Shown: piece after piece, positions 12,035 through 27,459 of the stretch
Position numbering within the stretch: the stretch's first letter is position 1
Layout: the number at the start of each line of letters is the position of its first letter
Source of the DNA: the human T2T-CHM13v2.0 reference genome, Homo sapiens
Strand: one strand, 5' to 3'
Assembly (NCBI RefSeq): GCF_009914755.1
Contig: NC_060926.1
Length of the DNA stretch: 64,000 nt
Notes under the pieces: generated by a model
What the model was told of the DNA's origin: nothing
The model's input: only the letters and a program-made list of their open reading frames with translations
Databases searched by the model: none
Made by a program: the position numbers and the translations under genes

Positions 12035-12395
12035 AGGCTATAGATGCCATAAACGGAGATTATTTTGATAGATCTGGGTAAATTCAAAACCTTCTAGAAA
12101 GGACTCACCATTCTAGATGTATTAAGAACTTTAATGATTCATAGGAGGAGGTCAAATATCAACATTAACAGGAGTTTGGAAGAAATTTATTCCTACCCTC
12201 ATGGATGACCTTGAGGGGTTCAAGACTTCAGTGGAGGATGTAATTGCAGATGGAATGAAAATAGCAAGAGAACTAATATTAGAAGGGGAGCCTAAATACG
12301 TGACTGAATTGCAGCAATCTCATGATAAAAAACTTGAACGTATAAGGAGTTACTTCTTGTGGATCAGCAAAGAAAGTGATTTCTTGAGAAACTAA
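10811..12395 (+). pseudogene. Tigger1 transposase remnant, with multiple stops and frameshifts
   Basis: ATGGCCTCT at 10811; DDE-region fragments (gtagatgaaaca, attgacaatgcacct); ORFs 11429-11704 and 12201-12395. Confidence 0.8.
11827..12031. repeat. Compound minisatellite [TCTTATATTCAGA(TA)n] x6
   Basis: Units start at 11827, 11861, 11892, 11921, 11952 and 11983, with variable (TA)n length. Confidence 0.95.
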
Positions 12396-13442
12396 CTGCT
12401 GGTAAAGATGTTGTGAACGTTGTTAAAGTGACAGCAAAAGATTTAGAATATTACATAAACTTAGTTGTCAAAACAATGGCAAGGTTTGAAAGGGTTGATT
12501 CTAATTTTGAAAGAGATTCTACTGTGAGTGAGTAAAATTCTATCAAACAACATTGCCTGCTCCAGAGAAATCTTTTGTGAAAGGAAGATTCAATGCATGC
12601 AGCAGATTTCATTGTTGTCTGATTTTAAGAAATTGCCACAGCCTCCCCAGTCTTTAGCAACTATACCCAATTGATCAGCAACCATTAACATTGAGGCAAG
12701 ACCCTCCACCAGCAAAAAGATTATGAATCATTGAGGGCTCAGATAATTGTTAGCATTTTTTAGCAATGAAGTATTTTTAAAATAAGGCATGTACATTTTT
12801 TATACATAGTATTGTATACCTAATAGATTACAGTATAGTGTAAATGTAACTTTTATATGCACTGGGAAACCAGAAAATTCATGTGACTCACTTGTTGCAA
12901 TATTCACTTTATTTTGGTGGTCTGGAATCAAATCTGCAATATCTCCAAGGTATGCTTGTATTCTAAATTATGACCAAAAATTATTTTGATACTTGCTTTC
13001 ATTTTTATACCACCTTTGTTCCCCATTTGCAGTTGCTATTTGTTATTTATTTACTGCATTTAGGCATCCAAATTCTTTTTTGAATCAAGTTATCTTCCTT
13101 TTATTTATTTCATGCTAGTCTGGATTATTTTCTTCCAAAAATTATAAATACCCTATAGAAAGAGTTATGTTTAAATTTGTTGCCCCTCACTTATATACTG
13201 TTGGTGAGAATGTAAATTAGCCCATCCACTATAGAGAGTGGTTTGGAGATTTCTTAAAGAACTAAAAGTTGAACTAACACTTGACCCTGCAATCTCATCA
13301 CTAGGTATACACCCAGTGGAAAATAAATCATTCTACCAAAAGAACACATGCATCCCTATTCACAATAGCAAAACCATGGAATAAACACAAGGGCCCATCA
13401 ATGGTGGATTGAATAAAGGACAAGCAGTACATATACACTGTG

Positions 13443-15689
13443 TGTATTAGTTTGTTCTCACACTGCTAATAAAGACATGGCTGAGACTGGGTAACTTGTA
13501 AAGGAAAGAGATTTAATTGACTCACAGTTAAGCATGGCTGAGAATGCCTCACAGTCATGACAGAAGACAAAGAAGGAGCAAAGGCACATCTTACATGGTG
13601 GCAGGCAAGAGAGCATGTGTAGGGGAACTACCCTTTATAAAACCATCAGATCTTGTGAGAATTATTCACTATCACAAGAACAGCATGGGAAAAACCCACA
13701 CCCATGATTTAATTACCTCATGACAGGTCCCTCCCATGACACACGGGGATTATGGGAGCTACAATTCAAGATGAGATTTGGGTGGGGACAAAGCCAAACC
13801 ACAGCATTTCACTCCTGGCCCCTCCTAAATCTCATGTCCTCATACTTCAAAACAAAGCATACCTTCCCAACAGTCCTCCAAAGTCTTAACTCACTTCAGC
13901 ATTAATTCAAAAGTCCACAGTCCAAAGTCTCATGTGAGACAAGGCAAGTCCCTTCTGTCTATGAGCCTGTAAAATCAAAAGCAAGTTAATTACTTCCTAC
14001 CTACAGTGGGGGTACAGGCTTTGGGTAAATACAGCCATTCCCAATGGGAGAAATTGGCCAAAACAAAGGGGGCTACAGAGCCCATGCAAGTCTGAAATCC
14101 AGCGGGGCAGTCAAATTTTAAAGCTCCAAAATAATCTCCTTTAACTCCAGGTCTCACATACAGGTCACACTGATGCAAGAGGTGGGTTCCCATGGTCTTG
14201 GGCAGCTCCACCCCTGTGGCTTTGCAGGGTAAGGCCTCCTTCCCAGCTACTTTCATGGGTTGGTGTTGAGTTTCTGCACCTTTTCCAGGTGCACTGTGCA
14301 AGCCGTTGGTGGATCTATCATTCTGGGGTGTGGAAGATGGTGGCCCTCTTCTCACAGGTCCACTAGGCAGTCCCCAGTGGGGATTCTGTGTGGGGGCTCT
14401 GACCCCACATTTCCCTTCCATACTGCCCTAGCAGAGATTCTCCACGAGGGCTCCACCTCCACAGCACACATCTGCCTAGACATCCAGGTGTTTCCATACA
14501 TCCTTTGAAATCTAGGCAGAGGTTCCAAAACTTCAGTTTTTGACTTCTGTGCACCTGCAGGCCCAACACCATGTGGAAGCTGCAAAAGGCTGGGGCTTGC
14601 ACCCTCTGAAGCCATGGCTGGAGCTGTACCTTGGCCCCTTTTAGCTACAGCTGGAGTGGCTGGGATGCAGAGCACCAAGGCCATAGGCTTTGCACAGCAG
14701 GGGGGCCCTGGGCCAAGCCCATGAAAGCATTTTTTCCTCCTAGGACTATGGGCAGGCAGGCCAGTGATTGCAGGGGCTGCCTCAAAGTTCTCTGACATGC
14801 CCTGGAGATGTTTTCCCCATTGTCTGGGTGATTAGCATTTGGCACCTTGTTATTTATACAAATTTTATGCAGCTGGCTTGAATTTCTCCCCATAAAATGG
14901 GTTTTTCTTTTCCATAACATTGTCAGGCTGCAAATTTTCCAAACTTTTATGCTCTGCTTCCCTTTTAAACGTAAGTTCCAATTTCACATTCTCTCTCTCA
15001 AGTTCAAAGTTCCACAGATCTCTAGGGCAGGGGAAAAATGCTGCCAGTCTATTTGCATAGCAAGAGTGACCTTTCTCCAGTTCCCAACAAGTTCCTCATC
15101 TCCATCTGAGACCACCTCAGCCTGGATCTTATTGTCCATGTCACTATCAGCATTTTGGTCAATTCATTCAACAAGTCTTTAGGAAGTTCTAAACTTTACC
15201 ACATTTTCGTATCTTCTTCTGAGTCCTCTAAACTGTTCCAACTTCTGTTCCCCAGTTCCAAAGTTGCTTCCATAATTTCAGTTATCGTTATAGCAGCACC
15301 CCACTTTACTGGTACCAATGTACTGTATTAGTCTATTCTTATGCTGCTAATATAGACATAACCAACACCAGCTAATTTGTAAAGGAAAGAGGTTTAATTG
15401 ACTCACTGCTAAGCATGGCTGGGGAGGGCTTACAGTCATGGCAGAAGGCAAAGGAAGAGCAAAGGTATTTGTCTTACACGGCAGCCGGCAAGAGACTGTG
15501 TGCAGGGGAACTACCCTTTATAAAACCATCAGATCTCATGAGACTTATACACTATCATGAGAACAGCAAGGGAAAAATCTACCCCCATGATTTAATTACC
15601 TCCCACTGGGTCCCTCTCACAACACGTGGGAATTATGCAAACTACAATTCACGATGAGATTTTGGTAGGGACACAGCCAAACCATATCA
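13443..15689 (-). mobile_element. Complete THE1 (THE1B-like) MaLR: LTR 13443-13806, internal 13807-15323, LTR 15324-15689
   Basis: Two similar LTRs of about 365 bp with TG..CA ends, typical THE1 internal sequence, perfect 5-bp TSD ctgtg (13438-13442, 15690-15694). Confidence 0.95.
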
Positions 15690-15905
15690 CTGTGGAATAG
15701 TATGTATCCATAAAAATGAATGAAATCATGTCCTTTGCAGCATCATGGATGCAGCTGGAGGCAATTATCCTAAACAAATTAATGCAGGAACAAAAAACCA
15801 AATACCATATGTTCTCGCATGTAAGTGGGAGCTAAACATTAGGTCCACATGGACATAAAGATGGAAACAATAGATACTGGGGTCTACTAAAGGAGAGAGA
15901 GAGGA

Positions 15906-16252
<347 letters not shown>

Positions 16253-17251
16253 CTATTGGGTACTATGCTCACTACCTGGGTGACAAGTTCAGCCATAACC
16301 CAAACCTCAGCATCGTGAGAAATACTTTTGCAACAAACCTGCACATGTACCCCTGATTCTAAAATAAAAGTTGAAAAGGAAAAAAAAATGGTCCCTAAAA
16401 TACAAAATATGGTATAGTAGGTACAAAACCATCCTTATTAGAAATGAATTAGAAGGTGTTATAAAACTTAGTTGGTACAATTAATATTACATCTAATAAA
16501 TCTAATTGTTTCTTTTGGGTGAAGTTGCAAAAACAATGATAAGACTTATGGGACTAAATTGTTTCTGTAGTCCTCTTACTCTTTATACTTAATGAAAATA
16601 TGTCTTCTCAGAATTGAGTTTTTAAAAATTGTTTTCCCCAAATCAAAGGTTACAATTTAAACATCTTTTTGTGTGTTTTGCTTACTGTGTTCCCACTTTC
16701 TCAAGAAATAGAAAAATGCACAATATCTTTGTGAAATATTTATTTCATGAACTTTAAATAAAATTGCTATGATACAAAGAGATGGATGACACATTTAAAT
16801 CAGAGAGTTAGAAAAATGGTTCTTTGCTTAAAATGTCAGTAAAATCAGCCACATCTAGACCTCCAAATTCATCCCCACTTTAAAGCCACTTTAAAGTGAT
16901 TTTAGTGAGTTTGGGCGAAACTTATTTCAGGTTTAAGAACAGCTGGGGTTTTTTTGTCCCTTTCAGAAGTCACTTCCAAAAAAAACTGTTTATTAAAAAT
17001 TTTAAATCTAAAAGTTTAAAATTCAAAACCAATTCAACAGTAGGTGTAGCCTACAAAGCAGTAAGTGTAAAATGGTCAGGAATGAATCAGCAACAGTAGG
17101 GAAAGCTGGTCTAACAATCTGACAGAGAGGCTATTATGGCATCTACAGCTCTGCCTAATGGAAGAGGATTTTGAAAACTGAATTAAAGCTGAAAACTGCC
17201 ACATATACCAAAGTATATGTTTCAAAAAACAAAGCCAGCAGTCAGAAGGGG

Positions 17252-17323
17252 CAGAGAGGGAAAGAGCGAGAGAGTGAGAGAGTGAGAGCAAGAGTGAGTG
17301 AGCGAGTGAGAGAGAGAGAGAGA
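17252..17323. repeat. GA-rich simple repeat
   Basis: (GAGA/GAGT)n tract. Confidence 0.85.
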
Positions 17324-17663
17324 ATAAGCTTCAGGAATGCACAAAGAAAAATGTCATTCGTATTATGCAAATTAGAACTTAAAGCAGTGTCATAAGCAAA
17401 AACTGAGATTTTTCTGTCATTAATAAATTCCCTAATAGAAACTGCAATGATCAACTGTTCAGATTATCAAAGAACACCAAAGATTATAGAAGAAGACCAG
17501 CAAAATTATATAATCATGAAAAAGAGTATTAAGACAAATTCTTCAGCCAGGTAATCCTTAATGATACAGGATTTAAAGTCAATATCATTTGTAAGTATTG
17601 GTATCTAGTTAACTATATTGTACACAAATTAAATATTGTATTTAGGAAATTGTTATCTGGTAT

Positions 17664-17880
17664 CAGTGTTTCTCAGCCTGTTTTTTTTTTTAAATTATCA
17701 GCCCCATATAAAGAAAAAATTTAATTTAAATTTACCTTTTACCTAATGAGATAATTGAATACTAAAGAATAATATTTTGCTGGGTAAGTTACAAACCCAG
17801 CAAGATTTGCTGCCCTGTCTCCACCAAAAGAACTGATCTTACTTCCTTGGGGGGCAATATTGCTGTAGTTGAGAAGGCAC
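17664..17880. mobile_element. hAT-Charlie-like MITE
   Basis: cagtgtttctca start and ttgagaaggcac end; ggggggcaatattgc motif. Confidence 0.45.
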
Positions 17881-17966
17881 GTTCTATTTGAATTCAATTT
17901 TTCTCATTTTTTAATATCAACCATTTCAAAATCTTTCCAATTACAGGTAAAAAAAATGAGAACATT

Positions 17967-18295
<329 letters not shown>

Positions 18296-18749
18296 TTACA
18301 AACCTATTTATCCTTTGTTAAGTGGGGTTAATTGCCTGATCTCTCTCCTTTTTGATGGGAGCTGAGCCACGTGTAGGTATGTCTGGAAGAAAACCCAGTG
18401 ACAGGGAAGTGGGCCTCTTCCCATAATGTTGGGGGCTAGGAGGAGTCCACAAACATTCCAAGAGAGAAGTATTGAAGGTACATTGTCTAGACTGGGAACA
18501 GAATAAATACCAGGAACTAAAATCCAAGGGATCATTTGAGATGTGAAGCCAGATAGCACAAATTTTGATTTTAGAGATGTTTACATGGGAGGTTGGAGGT
18601 TCTTCAAGACTTTCACAGACCATGTATTTTAACACACATTTGTAGTCAGCCCTTTTTTTAGGTCTTGTAGCTTCTTTTACTTTTTCCTAATTAACTGAAG
18701 TCCATACTTTATTTGGATTTCCTTAGTTCTAGCATTGCATTGTTCCTTT

Positions 18750-19218
18750 TTAAAAACCTTTTATTTTAAGTTCAGGGGTGCATGTGCAGGTTTGCTACAT
18801 AGGTAAACTTGTGTCATGGGGGTTTGTACAGATTATTTCATCACCCAGGTATTAAGCCTCATACCCTTAGTAATTTTTTCCGATTTTCTCCCTTCTCTCA
18901 CCTTCTACCCTCTGATAGGTCCCAGTCGTGTTGTTCCCCTGTATGTGTCCATGTGTTCTCATCATTTATCTCCCATTTGTAGAACATGCAGTATTTGGTT
19001 TTCTGTTCCTGTGTTAGCTGAGGATAATGGCCACCAAATCCATCCATGTATCTGCAAAAGACATAATCTCATTTTTTTTAATTGGCTGCATCGTATTCCA
19101 AGGTGTATATGTGCCACATTTTCTTTATTCAGTCTACCATCGATGGGCATTTAGGTTGATTCCATGTCTTTGCTATTACGAATAAATGTGGCAATAAACA
19201 TACATGTGCATGTGTCTT
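18750..19218 (-). mobile_element. L1PA (about PA10-13) 3' end
   Basis: ttttaagttcaggggtgcatgtgcaggtttg...gatgggcatttaggttgattccatgtctttgc. Confidence 0.9.
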
Positions 19219-19636
19219 AAAGTCATATTTTTTGTTGTGCTTCCTTTTGCAACTCCCTTTTAGAAATAGATGTTGTGACTCTTCTCAGTTTTTCTCCTTC
19301 CATCTTTTCCTCATTCTTGAGGTCTGATGTAGAAACATTGCTGGTCCACAGTAAAATTCACATTGAAAATCTGCTCTGGAGGATGTGATTCTCAAAATTT
19401 TTAAAGCTATGCTTGTGAAGTGTTGGGTTGGGTGTGTTTCTAAATGTTCTTTGCCAGCTGAGATCTGGATGTGATCTCTGAGATTTGGTTTCAATCTCCT
19501 TAGTAACAGAAGAATTCATCCTTCCCCATGCGAGAGTCATTTCTTATGAAACTCATCAACATTCTGTGTCAAAGAAAATGTAAGTAGTTGAGGTAATGTT
19601 TTCTTATCAGCTAGGAACAAACTTCTATCCCTACAC

Positions 19637-20166
19637 TGTTACAGAGCCTAACCAGCTTGCTGCCACACGCGCTAGAAGCCAATACTATGACACCAGGATT
19701 TTTGGGAAAAATAAAGCCTTCTATTGAAATCTGGCCAACAAGGAGACAGGAATCCAGCTCAAATTTATTCCCTGTGCTGTCTTTAAGGCAGTAATTTGAT
19801 TAGACAAGATTTAGGTGGTGGAATCTGGGATTAATAGGTGATTGGTGGAAGGAAAGGGAGGTCTGGAAAATCCTTGGGCATGCTCAGTTATCTCTTCACA
19901 CTACCTCATGGATAACATGTGCAAATTTGGGGAGGAGTTAGTATGAAACATGCAGTGCAAATTCGGGTTGTGACATCAGCAAGCTGGTTCTGTGCAGAAT
20001 CTAGTTGGCCATATTGATTGCAACCAATTTTAGCTAGTTGTGTTATCTTGCAAGCAGACACAGTTTCAGTGGTTTTGCAAGTTCTTTCTTTTCTTATCTA
20101 TCATCCTGCAAACTCAAGAATTTCTGTTAGTCGTTGGTGTGTTTAACTCTTTGGGGCATAGTTTCA
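19637..20166 (-). mobile_element. ERV1 (MER4-group) solo LTR
   Basis: TG...CA termini and a perfect 4-bp TSD acac (19633-19636, 20167-20170); subfamily uncertain. Confidence 0.75.
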
Positions 20167-20182
20167 ACACTATTCCTAAATA

Positions 20183-20261
20183 TTAGGTTGATGCAAAAGT
20201 AACTGTGGTTTTTGCCTTACTTTTAACTACAAAAACTGCAATTACCTTTGCACCAACTTAC
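20183..20261. mobile_element. MADE1 (Hsmar1-derived MITE), miR-548-type hairpin
   Basis: ttaggttgatgcaaaagtaactgtggtttttg ... caaaaactgcaattacctttgcaccaac palindrome flanked by TA. Confidence 0.92.
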
Positions 20262-20399
20262 TACATTCAATGACCTCACGTAAGAAGCAGAGGTAAATTT
20301 TCCAGTCTGTTAACTCTGCAATTAATGGAAAACTAATGGAAAACATTTTGGACAGCTTATTCCTCCATGTAAATGTTTAACACTATTAATTATTTCTGG

Positions 20400-20967
20400 A
20401 TTATTAGTCAGAGTTCTCCAGAGGGATAAAACTAATAGGGCATATGTATATATGAAGGGGAGTTTCTTGAGGAGAGCTGACTCACATGATTACAAGGTGA
20501 AGTCCCATGATATGCTGTCTGCAAGCTGAGGAAGAAGGAAGCCAATAGTGGCTCAGTCAGAGTTCAGAAGCCTCAAAAGCAGGGAAGCTGATAGTATAGC
20601 CTTCAGTCTGTGGCTGAAGGCCTGAGAGCCCCTGGAAAACCACTGGTGTAAGTCCAAGAGTCCAGAAGCTGAAGAACCTGGAGTCTGATGACCAAGGGCA
20701 GGAAGCATCCAGCACGGGACAAAGAAGAAAGCCAGAAGACTCAGCAAGCCAGCTCATCTCACTTTCTTCTGCCTACTTTGTTGTAGCTGAGCTGGCAGCC
20801 AGTTGGATGGTGCACACTCACATTGAGGGTGAGTCTTCCTCTCCCAGTCCACTGACTCAAATGTTGATCTCCTCTGGCAACACCCTCACAGACATACCTA
20901 GAAACAATACCAGCTATCTAGGCATCCTTCAATCCAATCAAGTTGACACCTAATATTAGCCATCACA
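20400..20967 (-). mobile_element. MLT2A (MLT2A2-like) ERVL solo LTR
   Basis: tattagtcagagttctccagaggg...ccttcaatccaatcaagttgacacctaatattagccatcaca. Confidence 0.88.
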
Positions 20968-23269
20968 CTGATGATCAGATTTTCAAAAACATGTTGTATT
21001 AGAAATTTGGCTGTATTTCTATGACTATTCTTTTATGAAAACTGTCTCACCAAGATATTGCAATACATCTCCATGGGCAGTTTCTTACAATGCCCACATG
21101 TAGTGACAGTTTATTTCTTTATGTTTATTTTTCCATTCATTAATTTTTTGAAGAGAAAGACTAAATTTAATACAAACTCACTAGTTCAATTCAAGTAGAG
21201 GTGATTGTTCAGAAGAAAACTTGGAAAAAGATGAGTGTTTTAGAGACTGTGGAACCAATATGAGAAGGAGCTCAGTCAAAAACTCTGACTCTATTTCTGA
21301 CTGGAAGACAAAATGGTGGCCGAGACCGTCTCTGCCTCTCCCTTTTCTCTCTCTGGTTTGGTAGGACTATTTCCGGATTTTATCTGTTATCATCTAGGCT
21401 AAAGTTTAAATTCCCCAGAAAAGCTTCTTTTATAGGGTTGGGGAGAAATGGTGAAGCCCATCTCAATGTGGAATTAAAGATGTGTGAGTCATCTCAGAAC
21501 TTCAAATCCTACATTTAATATGGAGATTGTATATCACAAAAACAATGTTCAGAGGCATTGGTAGAGTTGCTATCTAGATATAAGAACTGGGAAGTAACAC
21601 AGAGGGAAGTAGAAACAAAGCAAGCTTGGTAGGAAGCAAGAAATTCCCAACACACAGATACTTTGGGCAGTGTAAGAAGTATCTTTATTCAATCATTAGA
21701 TTTGCCCGAGATGTGTCAACTTCAAAGAAATGTGGGAAACTCATTTCTCTCTGATGTGGAGGAATTACTTATATTTAACAGAATCCCAGAGTTTTGTTTT
21801 ATTGCACTTATAGTTCATTTGAAACACTTTCCTGTGTACTTTTAGAATTAGAGTTGCATCTGCCTGAGAATAATTAAGAGTGCCGGCATTATAATACTAC
21901 TGCTGAAGCAATGGTTTTGAATGTTTTAGTTCATTTCACCTTAGTATTCAGTGAAAATGAATGACTAGAAAATGGTAAAAGATGGCTGTGTTAATACTAA
22001 TGATTAATTGCATAGGTTTCATAATCATAACACTGTTGAAGCAAAGATGGGAGACATGAAGGCTGTGAAAACAGCATCCCTTTTACTGTGTTACTTTTAC
22101 ATGAATAATTGTGTATTCAACCATCAGATAAAAAGGAACAAACTTTAAAACTATGACTCTGGGTAACAATGCAAATATAGGATTCCTGTGTCATATGTTA
22201 TACTAGAATAAAGTCAAAATTGATCAAATAATTATTTAAAAAGTTAAAGCATGTGGGGAATTTTTTTATTATTCAAAGTAAAAAAGGTCTTTCTAACTGA
22301 TATAAAGGCCAGAACGACTCAAAGTAAAGGCTAATTTTCTCTATTACAAAAGTAATCTGTACTGCATGATCGATGATGAAGCAGAAAGTGAATATTGGCA
22401 ACTCATACTAAAGACAAGTAATTCTTATAATTAATTTTATATATTTCTGAATAAACAAAAAAATCCAAAGCACTTCAAGAAAGAATCAAGTAAAAAATAA
22501 AAATGTAATAGGAAAATGGCAAAGGAGCCATCATTTCTACTTAAAGTTAGAGGTAAAAACAAATACATGCAACAGTAATATATATTTTGTCTTCTTGTTT
22601 GTTTAAATAAATAAAAATAGTCTATTTTGATAGAAAAGAAGCTAAAACTGCCATGACTAAACCCTAATTTTCAGCGTGTTTGCCTAGAGATTCAGAATCC
22701 TAAAACCCGTCAGTTGCTGACACCATAGGTATATTATAAGGTAGATTACTTACCAAAAAACTATGTGTCAAAATTCAGGGAGACTGCAAATATCTGTGGT
22801 AGAGATGAAAGTGTTCTGATTAGGAATAAATAATGTATTTCCAGACAATTATTAAATGTCACATAAGCAACAGAAAGGCAACTCAAGATACCAATCTCTT
22901 TGATACAGATTAAAAAAATTTTTTTTTGTTTAAAATGATGGGAATAAATCACAAACATATAGATAGCTTCCATTTGACCAGGATGTAGCAGTTAAATGTT
23001 TCCAGATGTCACATGTAAAAGATGGATTACTAATATAAAATTTAAAACCCTATCAGTAAGAATCATATACATACCTTTTCAATTTAGTTTGTATTATTCT
23101 TCAGGTTATACCAGTCCTAGCTGTCTGGAGTTTATGGGAAAAGCAATGAATCATATAATGCAAACATGAAAGAGATCTAGGAATTATCTAGCTGTTTTTT
23201 ATTAATATTGCATGTGCTATTTAATGTGAATTTCAAGTCAAAACTTTATAAACATCTTTTACATGCATC

Positions 23270-23890
23270 ATATTTATCCTCACATTAACTGAAAAGTAGG
23301 TACACTCAGCAATACCACTACTACATTACAGGTGAGGAAACTGACCACAGAAGTAAAAAACCTGTAGCAGAGGCTGTCAGTTGCCTGCCTATGTCTCCTC
23401 TGGAGTACCCTTTCCTGTGTACAGTAATCACATGGCTTCCAGCTGGAGGCACCTGCGATTGTTTGCTTGCAGGCTTTTTCTGACTGCTGGGAGCGCTGGG
23501 GAGTAAACTCACCCCAGGAGCAGGACTTAAGCAAAGACAGAAGCTGGTGAATACATACCCCAGCTTCTTTGCCTGCCTGGTAGAATAAACTCCAAGGTGT
23601 GTTCTACACAGTCTACCAAAATTCCTCAGCAGGATTGACCCCATTTGCACAGGGGAGTAACCTGCTTAATAACGCCCCCTCTGTTGTCTTCCTTCCCTTC
23701 CCTATCACACTTCCCCACGCCCCTAGAAGTGCTTCCTGGGATCCCCTCTAATAAACAATTTGCCTGCAAATACTTTTCTCAGGGTTTGATTCTGGGGGAA
23801 CCCAATTTAAGGCAAAAACCCATCTAAGAACATACATTTTGTGTGCAGCTAAGGCAGGAGTAAAATCTCCAGGTCTCTTGATTACCAATC
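23270..23890 (-). mobile_element. MIR interrupted by LTR16
   Basis: ttacaggtgaggaaactgac MIR core before 23362; MIR-like sequence resumes after 23820. Confidence 0.55.
23363..23814 (+). mobile_element. LTR16-type ERVL solo LTR
   Basis: tgtagcagaggctgtcag start; aataaac...tctcagggtttgattctgggggaacccaatttaaggca end; aaacc on both flanks. Confidence 0.8.
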
Positions 23891-26091
23891 TAGAGGGAGT
23901 TTTTTTGTATTACCTTTAGTTTTTCTCCCAAACAAAATATATTTTGAAAAACTAAGACACCGCTGCTTTTTACAAACATAAGTATTTACCAGTAATTAAA
24001 ATACCAAAATGCTGGACCTTTTTGGGATTTAATTTACTCTTATGTTTTTATCATCTCAAAGACTTTAAATATAAATCTTTCTCTCTACCATTGACCTCTG
24101 TTACTCATAAAGTACCTCACTATCTTACATGTTGTTTACATTAGATAAAATTGCAATTACTCACTGACATTAATTACATGCTTTACAATGATGATAATTT
24201 AAAAACCTTGTTAGTTAATTTTGTGTTGATCAAACACAATTTCTGTTAGACCACTACCAAATGTGATGTAGAATGTTTTTCCTTGATTTATGTTGCTGTT
24301 TTTGTCACTAATTATTTTCATGTTATGTGCAATCAAAATTTATAAAATTGGAAAAGGAAAGTTTTAACTGGCTGCATCCCCCAAAGAGACAGGAAAAGTG
24401 TACCTTTTTCCTGGTGGACCTTGAGACATGTTTACATGATACTTTGAGTAGTGCTGAAACTTATATTTCATTATTTTGTATTTCTTAAATTGTTTTGCAT
24501 GTCAATATGACATGTTAATTGTCAAAGAAAAGTCATATGAAATGTCAGCTTACCCAATATCACATTTTATAATAATTAACTGGTTGGGCATTGATGAAAT
24601 GTTCATTTCCTAGAGGATCCTGAAACCATAAGACTCAGTGTCCCCAGTGTCCTCTTTTTTCTGCTTTACCTGTTTTGATTTTAGAACCCTTGAGAAATGT
24701 ATACAGAAACATTGTTCCCAGAAAGAGATATTCTGCTTTGGAGCACCTCCATTCTATACTTCACTAATCACACAGCTTACATGGCTACCACATTCTCCAG
24801 CCAGACAGACTCCACGAATCCAAAAAATTGTAGGTTTATGTACATGAAACAATCTAGGTGTCTAAGAGACATTTTATAGATTGGGACTTTCTACTAGTAA
24901 ACATCATAAGCTTTTTATAAAAGGGGTTGGTCAAGGTTATTCATTTACACTGGAGTTTGGATAGAGCAGAGAGGAAATACTTACGGGCCAATTTTGAAAT
25001 CAACAATGCTATTATCCCCATCAGTGGATTTTTAGAAATTACTTTTTTGGATACATTTGATTTTCTTTTATCATTTATACTTCCTTACAAAACAGAGATG
25101 CAGGTATTACTTCTTATCTAGGAAAGTAAGCCAGGCTGCATATCCCAAGACATTGATATCCATTTTACCTCTTAAGTGTTTGATACCTACGTGACCAGTG
25201 AGTTTCTATGCCAAAGGCAATGATTTCTCATTAATCAATTCACTATATGATTCAAAATTTGAGTCAAAGTTCTCTGTGCTTTGTTTCCTTCAGGGAAGAA
25301 AAAAAAGAAAGGGAAATGAATCATTCTAAGAGCCCAGGGAAAGTTTCACACTGTGTAACATAGATTCTTGAAGACAAGGGCTTCGGAATCTTTGTGTTTT
25401 TGAGTAACATAAATAGTTCAAATCTAGACTAATGATTTATTGACCCAATATTTATAATCATGAATAGACAAGGTCATAGAAAGGCATAAGGACAGAACGC
25501 ACTCAAGGAGTATGTTTAGCCTATTTGGCAAGAGGAACTACAAAGTCATATGGCAACTGGAGTGAATATGAAAGATAGTGGGTATGAAGAGTTGGGGTCA
25601 TCATTGCAATATACCAGTGTCCTCATGATGATTTTCTCTTATTCAGCACTTATGATTTATACTTACAAAGTAAATAATTATATTTTTATTCCTTTTTATC
25701 TTTCATGTATGATAAAAACATCTTTTTTATAATATCTAGCTAGTTTTTGGAAGGGTTAGTCGTTTCTAAAAGGAGCAAAGTTCTTTTCCTCTGAATATTT
25801 AAATGGTTAAAATATCATTTAAATAAATGTTTATATAATGGCCTGAAGCTGCTACATCCTTCTATTCAAGTCTGGAATTGGCTCAGAACCTACATAACAC
25901 TAAGTTTGTAGACGTAGATCATCAGTGACCCCAGAGGGATAAGATGGTGCCTGTAAAAGTACATAGATTAAGAAAAGGAAAATCTACTTCAGAAGGGGTG
26001 ATTCACTAATGTGGGTAGTCATATTCCATGGTTGTAGAGGCTGGGAAAAAAGAGTGAGAATGTAAATTTTTAAAAAGAGAATTTAAAAAAC

Positions 26092-26851
<760 letters not shown>

Positions 26852-26947
26852 GGAAAGAAACCTCAGCAGAGTGACTGGGGAGAAGTCTCTCTGATAAATG
26901 GAGGAGTAGTTCTATTTTTGCTCAAAGTAAAGGTCAGTCCAAGGTCT

Positions 26948-27360
26948 TGTGATGGTTAATTGTATATTTCAACTTGACTGGCTATGGGGTGCCCATATAT
27001 TTGGTCAAACATTATTCTAGGTGTTTCTGTGAGGGTGTTTTGGGTGAGATTAATATTTTAATCAGAGAGATTGGAGTAAAGCTGATTGTCCTCTCTAATG
27101 TGAGTGGGTCTCATCCAATCAACTGAAGTCTCGAATAGCGCAAAGAAGCTGACCTTTCCACAGAGTAAGAGATAATTCTTCCTTCCTTCAGATGAACTGA
27201 AACATTGGCGCTTCCTCAATTTCAAGCCTCCTAACCTTCAGACTGGAGCTACATCACTGGCTTTCCTGCATTTCCTACTTATTAACTCACCCTGTAGATC
27301 TTGGGACTTAACCTCCATAATTCCTTATAATTCCTTATAATAAGTCTCTTCAGATGTGTG

Positions 27361-27406
<46 letters not shown>

Positions 27407-27428
27407 TTCTCTGGAGAACCCTAATTCA
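26948..27428 (+). mobile_element. MLT2 (B/C/D-type) ERVL LTR
   Basis: tgtgatggttaattgtatatttcaacttgactggct start; tttctctggagaaccctaa end. Confidence 0.85.
27363..27404. repeat. (GT)21 microsatellite
   Basis: Direct inspection. Confidence 0.95.
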
Positions 27429-27459
27429 GGGCTTAATAATAGGTAACTAGGAGTAGAAA

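Larger units (their letters stand above)
10389..12958 (+). mobile_element. Full-length Tigger1 (pogo family) DNA transposon
   Basis: TIRs CAGGCACACCTC ... AAGGTATGCTTG flanked by TA TSDs; transposase remnants ([38 protein letters not shown]). Confidence 0.95.

Noticed and set aside
13990-14920. ORFs similar to those at 40589-41182, suggesting a duplicated gene
   Set aside because: Both are THE1 internal regions, so the similarity reflects shared repeat ancestry.
20400-20967. Apparent segmental duplication with 38977-39534
   Set aside because: These are independent MLT2A LTR insertions with unrelated flanks.
21240-21500. Possible promoter (aaaatggtggccgagaccg)
   Set aside because: There is no CpG island or motif cluster beyond chance, so it cannot be supported from sequence alone.
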